A stretch of 32,000 bases of DNA, taken from NCBI GenBank assembly GCA_965219535.1, contig CBDCNV010000001.1, positions 750,001 through 782,000 of the forward strand, in the 5' to 3' direction. Source of the DNA: Opitutales bacterium (GTDB taxonomy: Bacteria; Verrucomicrobiota; Verrucomicrobiia; Opitutales; PNEW01). The notes beneath the pieces are model-generated. The model saw only the letters and a program-made list of their open reading frames with translations. It ran no database searches and had not been told where the DNA came from. Numbering within the stretch: position 1 is the first letter of the stretch; the number at the start of each line of letters is the position of its first letter. Positions 26,676 to 32,000 of the stretch are shown here, in pieces. The position numbers and the translations under genes were made by a program.

Positions 26676-27017
26676 CTATTCTGATTTCCTCGTTCTGTAG
26701 AAGCGGATTTCAACTCTCTCCACAGTAGCCAGACCTTCTTTAACCGCGTCGTCGACTACGGGTAGAAAAGATTCGATATTTTCATCGGTATCGACGATCT
26801 CAACGACAATCGGTAAATCACTTGAGAGGCGAACAATCTTCGCGGTGTGGAGCTGGCTATGGGCGCCGAAACCTTCGAGCCCACGAAGCACCGTCGCCCC
26901 TGTAAGTCCGCGCTCCCTTGCCTTTTTAACTATCCATTCATAGAGAGGCAGACCTTCGTGCTTGTCATTCTCACCGATAAAAATGCGCAGGAGTTTACCT
27001 TCTTTTGGATGAGCCAT
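26676..27017 (-). CDS. DUF190 (PII-like) protein commonly linked to crcB
   Basis: 113 aa. 'LRIFIGENDKHEGLPLYEWIVKKARERGLTGATVLRGLEGFG'. Its start lies 6 nt after the crcB stop. Confidence 0.8.
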   Translation of the reverse strand: MAHPKEGKLLRIFIGENDKHEGLPLYEWIVKKARERGLTGATVLRGLEGFGAHSQLHTAKIVRLSSDLPIVVEIVDTDENIESFLPVVDDAVKEGLATVERVEIRFYRTRKSE

Positions 27018-27023
27018 GTAAGT

Positions 27024-27425
27024 CTACCCCGATGTTGTTAGTGCGTAGCCCAGCCACACCAAAGCCAGTCCGCATATGACGTGCGTGCCAACATTAATGA
27101 CAGCTCGAAGGTGTTCAGCGTCCCTGACCATCGCGAGCGTCTCGTAGCCAAAGGTGGAGAAGGTTGTGAATGCACCGAGGATGCCAATGAGAAGAAACAT
27201 TCGGATTTCCGGTCCGAACAACTGACGGGATTCGGCGAGTCCGGTGATCACTCCGATCGCGAGACAGCCCAGGAGGTTGACTACCAGGGTTCCGAATGGG
27301 AAGGTAGTGAGAGGCATTTGCCTATGCACCAATCCTCTGAGTCCATAACGGGCGAGAGCACCCAGGAAGCCACCGGAACCGATAACAACTGCATTAATCA
27401 GGGCTGTTTTTAATGTTAATTCCAA
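27024..27425 (-). CDS. crcB: Fluoride ion channel CrcB/FluC
   Basis: 133 aa with a TTG start. 'GGFLGALARYGL', 'PFGTLVVNLLGCLAIG' and 'GILGAFTTFSTF' are hallmark CrcB motifs; four TM helices. Confidence 0.9.
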   Translation of the reverse strand: MELTLKTALINAVVIGSGGFLGALARYGLRGLVHRQMPLTTFPFGTLVVNLLGCLAIGVITGLAESRQLFGPEIRMFLLIGILGAFTTFSTFGYETLAMVRDAEHLRAVINVGTHVICGLALVWLGYALTTSG

Positions 27426-27620
27426 GATTACCCTTCTGGTCGATTAGTGTTGTGGATCACAATTGCAAAAAATGAGCAGCTTATTTTCAAGCACATCTGT
27501 TTATAAACGCTTTAAGCCTAAAAGAATTATGTAATAAGACCGCTATCGCAACATCTTACTTTTATGGGTGACCTGGATTTATATCTTGGTCCGGTTTAAA
27601 AGCGATGTCACTTGTGTGGA

Positions 27621-29960
27621 TTACAGCTTAATCTGGAGGCCAACCCAAACACCCCTTGGAGACCCTGCGCCGAGAAACCGGGGATCAGTGCCACCACCTG
27701 GCACTTCGCTTAGTTCCACGTCACCGGTGTCACCGAAAGTTCCAAAAGTTTCATATTCGGTGTTGAATAAGTTATCTACAAGGACAAATGCTTCAATTTT
27801 TTCTGATATCCGATAATTGCTCCTTAGGTTGAAAACAGCATAGTCATCTACGGGGGCTACATCATTACCTTCATCTCCTCGATAAAAACGACTAGAAGCG
27901 AAAATAGATTCGAGGGCCAGGGTCCATTTTTTTGTAAGATCGTAACTCACACCCAACTTTAATGAATGTTCGGGAATGCCAGGAATTTGGTCGCTGGGAT
28001 CGACCTTGATTTCACCATTGGAGTTCGCAGACGGATTATTTTCACTGAGAAGAGTAAGTGGGACTTCAATTGTTCCATCGATCCATGCATAATTTGCGAA
28101 CCAGTTCAATTTGTCGAATGATCCGTATAATCCTAATTCGACACCTACGCGTTTTGTCTCACCCACATTCTGGAAGAATCCTGATCCAGTAACCGGTCCC
28201 GAGCTGATAAAAATAATGTCGTCGGAATTTTCCATCCAAAACCCGGCGACAGACCAATTCACATTTAAGCTGTTTTCAGAAGAAGTAATTCTTCCCCTGG
28301 CGCCGCCTTCAAAGGTACGAGCGACTACCTGATTAAGGGGTGGGTCCGCAATGAAAGCGTTGGGAAATCGGCACGGTTGACTTGGATCTGCACAACTTAA
28401 TTCTGCAGCTGTAGGAGCACGGTTGGATTCGCTATAGTTGACATAGGTGGTGAAGTTTTCTCTCCAATTATGAGTCAGTCCTATTGCAAAATTGAAGCGA
28501 TTGAACTCATGGTCACCGTTCAAATCGTCGCCGAAATTGTCTTCGATTTTAATATTAATGGCGTTGAACCGGCCCGATATGAGTAGGTCGAGCTTGGAAG
28601 TCAAAGCCATCATGCTGGCAAAATAGATACCGACGGCTTCATTTCTTGTATAGATATCGGTATTAAACTCGTCTCCAGCGATAAAATTGCCTCTGCCATT
28701 AATCGTTCGGTTTTCGGTCAACTCACCGATTTCCGTATCGTTCATAAAATCTGTCTGACCGATATCCACGCTACCACCTATTATCAACTGACTTTCAAAG
28801 GAAAATAATTCCGCCTCGATAATCGCTTGAAGAGAGCCACCGTAACTATTGGTTTGTGTTTCACTCCGGTTAAAAACGCCAAATGGTTTTTCACCAACAA
28901 GGTCGGCGGTAATCAGCTCGCCTTTGAGATCTTCAACAGGACCTCCTTCACCCTCTTCTTCGCAAAGAAGTCCCTCGTTATCTTCGCATACATCAATATC
29001 GGTTTCATCACCGTTTAAGGTACTGCGGTCAAGATGGAGAAAGTATCCATTCCCCTGAAGGGAGAGCCAATCTGATGGTTTGTAATTGCTGCGAAAGGTT
29101 AAAGATGAGAGCTCATTTTGGGTGTTGTCCGGGAAAGTAAATACGGCGGTTCTATCAACCTCAATTAGCTCGATCGGGGCAGCGCCGTTGCCATTGAGAT
29201 CCGATTTCGCGTAAAGAAAACTGACGCCCAGTTCAAGAAGCTCTGTTTTAAACGCAAGATCGGAAAATAATTGAAAGAGGTCGGATTGCGATTCATCGCG
29301 CCAACCATCCTCTTCGAAATAGGTCTCGCCCAGGTAAAAAGCGAACTTGTCATCCTTAATGCCGTACTGGAATGTTTCCTGTATACGTTCGAAAGAACCT
29401 CCGAAGATTTCAGCCTCGGCACCCTGGTAACTGAAACCGTCCTTTAAATCCAGTGCAATGGCTGCGCCCAGGGTATTAAGACCATAGAGTGGATTCGAGC
29501 CGGGTACAATCTGAACCGATTCAATTGCAAACTCAGGTACCAAGTCAAAATGAACGGTGTCCCCAAAAGACTCATTTATCCGAATACCATTTTGGTAGAT
29601 TGACAAGCCCTGGGGGAGACCGACAAGAGGGGAAACCGTTAGTCCGCGATAACTGAGGTCGGGTTGAAATGGATTGCCCTGTGCGTTGCTGGTAGTGACA
29701 CTGCCGATCTGTTTATTTAACATGTCGTTAAGCGAAAGCACCTGAATCTCGTCCAACAATTCGTTAGAAAGAATTTGCACGTTTGCTGGAAATCTATCTT
29801 TTTCGATTTCTGTGCCAGCTGTAGGCGTAATCCAAATCACTTCAACCGTTTGAAGTGTGATAGGGGGCTTATTCGTTTCTTCAGCCCTACCAAAGATAGC
29901 GAGAACCCAGAAACTGAAAAAATACGATAAGTATTTAATATTTAGATTATTCAGAATCAC
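27621..29960 (-). CDS. TonB-dependent outer-membrane receptor
   Basis: 779 aa with a GTG start and a signal peptide. The plug region reads 'NVQILSNELLDEIQVLSLNDMLNKQIGSV...PDLSYRGL...QGLSIYQNGIRINESFGDTVHFDLVP'. A long beta-barrel ends in 'RGVWVGLQIKL'. Confidence 0.9.
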   Translation of the reverse strand: MILNNLNIKYLSYFFSFWVLAIFGRAEETNKPPITLQTVEVIWITPTAGTEIEKDRFPANVQILSNELLDEIQVLSLNDMLNKQIGSVTTSNAQGNPFQPDLSYRGLTVSPLVGLPQGLSIYQNGIRINESFGDTVHFDLVPEFAIESVQIVPGSNPLYGLNTLGAAIALDLKDGFSYQGAEAEIFGGSFERIQETFQYGIKDDKFAFYLGETYFEEDGWRDESQSDLFQLFSDLAFKTELLELGVSFLYAKSDLNGNGAAPIELIEVDRTAVFTFPDNTQNELSSLTFRSNYKPSDWLSLQGNGYFLHLDRSTLNGDETDIDVCEDNEGLLCEEEGEGGPVEDLKGELITADLVGEKPFGVFNRSETQTNSYGGSLQAIIEAELFSFESQLIIGGSVDIGQTDFMNDTEIGELTENRTINGRGNFIAGDEFNTDIYTRNEAVGIYFASMMALTSKLDLLISGRFNAINIKIEDNFGDDLNGDHEFNRFNFAIGLTHNWRENFTTYVNYSESNRAPTAAELSCADPSQPCRFPNAFIADPPLNQVVARTFEGGARGRITSSENSLNVNWSVAGFWMENSDDIIFISSGPVTGSGFFQNVGETKRVGVELGLYGSFDKLNWFANYAWIDGTIEVPLTLLSENNPSANSNGEIKVDPSDQIPGIPEHSLKLGVSYDLTKKWTLALESIFASSRFYRGDEGNDVAPVDDYAVFNLRSNYRISEKIEAFVLVDNLFNTEYETFGTFGDTGDVELSEVPGGGTDPRFLGAGSPRGVWVGLQIKL

Positions 29961-30229
29961 TGCAGTTGTTAACTCGAAAACAGCGGACTTAAGATATAAA
30001 AGTTATTCTCATTTAGCTATACCGTTAACTATAACATTAATTATTCGCCCTTAAATGGCACCTCTCTTTTTAATGTATACAGGAAAATTTAGAGAGTGAA
30101 AGACGGTATAAATGACCAACCTACATTTATATTATCAAATCAGTTACATGTAGGAAAATCGTGGCATAATATTCTACCCAGTCACTTTTCAATTTAGAAA
30201 TACTTTCCGCTTTCAGGACGGACCTCACG

Positions 30230-31438
30230 CTAATCCTTCGACGGATATAAAAACACACCTTGAATACCGCAGATCTTTTCAGCTTCGTACTGGGGATGAT
30301 TTCTGGGTAATACCTGTTCATCTTTATCGGTGCTGAATGCCATGAATGATTTACCGTCGAGATTGACGGAACTGGAGTAGCCGCCGTCTGTATCGTAATC
30401 CTGGATAATCTCCCGGGGCGACCAGGTCACACCCTGGTCCATCGAGGAGTGCATGATCATGTCCTGGTCAGGCGTATATCTTCCGTGGAGCACGAGGGTG
30501 TCGCCAACCCAGTGAAGGACTGGGCAGCGGACCGATATTCCCTCGACAAGCCGTACCGGTCCCCAGCTCTTACCGCCGTCAACACTCACCCGGGAATAAT
30601 TCTTCTCTTCCCCGTCGGGCAAATAAACCAGGCCCAGGACATAAATGCTGCCGTCGGGAAGAAAAGTGAATGTTGGATACCGCATCACCGCGGTATAGAC
30701 ATCGGGTTCCCATTCTCTCGGAGCGACTGGTGAAGGAAAGACAGCACTGCGTCTCTGCCATGTCTCGCCATTATCTTCACTGATGTATAATAATACACCG
30801 GCGTAAAAGCTGGGTGAGACCAAATAAATAGTGCCGTTTCGGGTGAGGATATTAGAAGTGGATCCTTCTATGTAATGAGGAGTTTCCGGGTCAATGTAGC
30901 CTTTATATTCATAGGTTTTACCATGATCGTCACTGATGAGGTAAACACACCCGGCAAACTGTTCTCCCCCCAGTACCAGGTTCTCAGCTTCGGCTTCTTG
31001 AATAAGTTCGGGGTTTGTTGTTTGGACCAATAGCACCAGTCTCCCATCCGGTGCGCGTGCAAAGGTAGTTCCATATGCGCTTTCGCTTGGATTTCTTTTA
31101 CCATGATCGTAAATAACGCCTTCATAGTTCCATGATTCACCGCCATCCGTGCTGCGCGCTTGCACGATATTGCCTACGCCATGCACGCGTCCCTGGCCGC
31201 TCGCGACGAGGAGATCTCCGTTCGCGGCCACGATCGTTGTCGGACAATGAAAATAAGTTTCAGGAGTACCGAAGGAGTGTGGAATTATGTCAAAGGGTTT
31301 GCCGATTATCGGTGCACCCGAATTATGTTGATCCCCAAGTTTATAATTACCTTCATCAATTTTAAATTTCGCACTCTCAAAAACAACAAATATCGCGATA
31401 CCCGAGATGGCGACAATTAGTAAACGGCGGTAATTCAT
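30230..31438 (-). CDS. BNR/Asp-box sialidase-like beta-propeller, signal-anchored
   Basis: 402 aa with an N-terminal anchor (LLIVAISGIAIFVVF). Five Asp-boxes: 'RSTDGGESW', 'SDDHGKTYE', 'SEDNGETWQ', 'SVDGGKSWG' and 'SMDQGVTWS'. Confidence 0.85.
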   Translation of the reverse strand: MNYRRLLIVAISGIAIFVVFESAKFKIDEGNYKLGDQHNSGAPIIGKPFDIIPHSFGTPETYFHCPTTIVAANGDLLVASGQGRVHGVGNIVQARSTDGGESWNYEGVIYDHGKRNPSESAYGTTFARAPDGRLVLLVQTTNPELIQEAEAENLVLGGEQFAGCVYLISDDHGKTYEYKGYIDPETPHYIEGSTSNILTRNGTIYLVSPSFYAGVLLYISEDNGETWQRRSAVFPSPVAPREWEPDVYTAVMRYPTFTFLPDGSIYVLGLVYLPDGEEKNYSRVSVDGGKSWGPVRLVEGISVRCPVLHWVGDTLVLHGRYTPDQDMIMHSSMDQGVTWSPREIIQDYDTDGGYSSSVNLDGKSFMAFSTDKDEQVLPRNHPQYEAEKICGIQGVFLYPSKD

Positions 31439-31621
31439 ATTTCAGTTTGGTCAGCGTTAAATAGCGTATTCCATCGTTAAAGATAAGCCAGCAAATATTT
31501 GGAGGAGTAGATAGGGTATTTTAAAGATTTCAGTCCTAACTTTGGGACGATTATGTGGAAATCGAGAAAGATTGGATTTACCTCTTTTCACACCGCATAA
31601 AATATACTATAAATAAAAAAG

Positions 31622-32000
31622 GTGAGAAAATCGTATTTTAATAAGAAGGTTACATCTAAGAGGGCATTTACTCTAGTAGAGATAATGGTTGTTGTCGTCA
31701 TTGTCGGAATACTCGCGACAATAGCGATACCCTATATTCGCCGAGTACGGGAGTCAGCCCAGAATGGTTATTTGATTAATAACTGGCGTGTATTTGCTGA
31801 GGGCTTTGAACAATATGCACAGGAATCGGGCAGCTATCCGCCCGATGTCAATCGGGGAGTTATCCCCACCGGAATGGATGTTCATCTGAGTAATACAAAT
31901 TGGACTCAGGTTACACCGGTTGGTGGTAACTGGGACTGGGATGTCGGCGTTTATGGATTCACCGCTGGTATCAGTATCGTCGACACTAATTTAGCTGTTA
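31622..32000 (+). CDS. Prepilin-type N-terminal cleavage/methylation domain protein (type IV pilin/pseudopilin-like), 3'-truncated by the window edge
   Basis: Manual translation from GTG 31622 gives (M)RKSYFNKKVTSKRAFTLVEIMVVVVIVGILATIAIPYIRRVRESAQNGYLINNW... This shows the classic [KR]-[GA]-F-T-L-[IV]-E motif plus a hydrophobic helix. The frame is open to position 32000. Confidence 0.8.
   Translation, partial: MRKSYFNKKVTSKRAFTLVEIMVVVVIVGILATIAIPYIRRVRESAQNGYLINNWRVFAEGFEQYAQESGSYPPDVNRGVIPTGMDVHLSNTNWTQVTPVGGNWDWDVGVYGFTAGISIVDTNLAV

Noticed and set aside
27426-27620. Possible fluoride (crcB-motif) riboswitch upstream of crcB
   Set aside because: I read the minus strand by hand. No GGnGAUGG / AAACCGCC / CUGAUGAnnCCU core elements were visible. 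This cannot be excluded without a covariance-model search.
30120-30154. Hairpin (cctacat...atgtagg) about 75 nt downstream of the BNR gene stop as a terminator
   Set aside because: The stem is only 7 bp with a 21-nt loop, and no U-tract follows on the transcribed (minus) strand.
29961-30229. Possible cobalamin or other riboswitch in the 269-nt leader of the TonB-dependent receptor
   Set aside because: There is no B12-box (GCCACTG) or other conserved riboswitch core on the minus strand. The region is simply AT-rich.
1-32000. CRISPR arrays, rRNA/tRNA genes, transposases, integrases, phage genes and toxin-antitoxin pairs
   Set aside because: I looked for regularly spaced direct repeats, for conserved RNA motifs, and for recombinase or transposase motifs in all ORFs of at least 60 aa. 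None were found.

Overview
This 32-kb window is a bacterial chromosomal segment, by eye moderately AT-rich with several clearly GC-richer genes. It reads as an accessory metabolic and cell-envelope region made of short operons and single genes on alternating strands. I found no rRNA, tRNA, CRISPR array, transposase or integrase. Recognisable content: four divergent PhyH-type Fe(II)/2-oxoglutarate dioxygenase paralogues; two BNR/Asp-box sialidase-like beta-propellers; two glycoside-hydrolase-like proteins; a CBM9/DUF5916-type outer-membrane protein; a TonB-dependent receptor; an orphan family-5 ABC substrate-binding lipoprotein; a large secreted Ig-like protein; a two-gene catabolic operon (tandem FAH-domain protein plus FadH/Old-Yellow-Enzyme-like flavoprotein); crcB-DUF190-VOC; an orphan receiver; a BI-1/YccA protein; an RNase H-like protein; and a partial prepilin-type protein at the 3' edge. 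This protein mix suggests a PVC-group (Verrucomicrobiota- or Lentisphaerota-like) marine bacterium, but that is inference only. Points worth a second look: (1) a complete prokaryotic pentameric ligand-gated ion channel split by one frameshift; (2) a perfect 30-bp inverted repeat between divergent genes, with related copies 2 kb away; (3) a PhyH paralogue with H-A-A in place of the H-x-D iron ligands and no canonical start codon ahead of its conserved N-terminus; (4) a 605-aa double-FAH protein paired with a GC-discordant reductase; (5) an unusual number of broken genes (two frameshifts, one in-frame TAA, one C-terminal remnant next to a 150-bp imperfect palindrome). I did not find a clear multi-gene novel system. 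All family calls are by-eye motif recognition and need HMM or BLAST confirmation.
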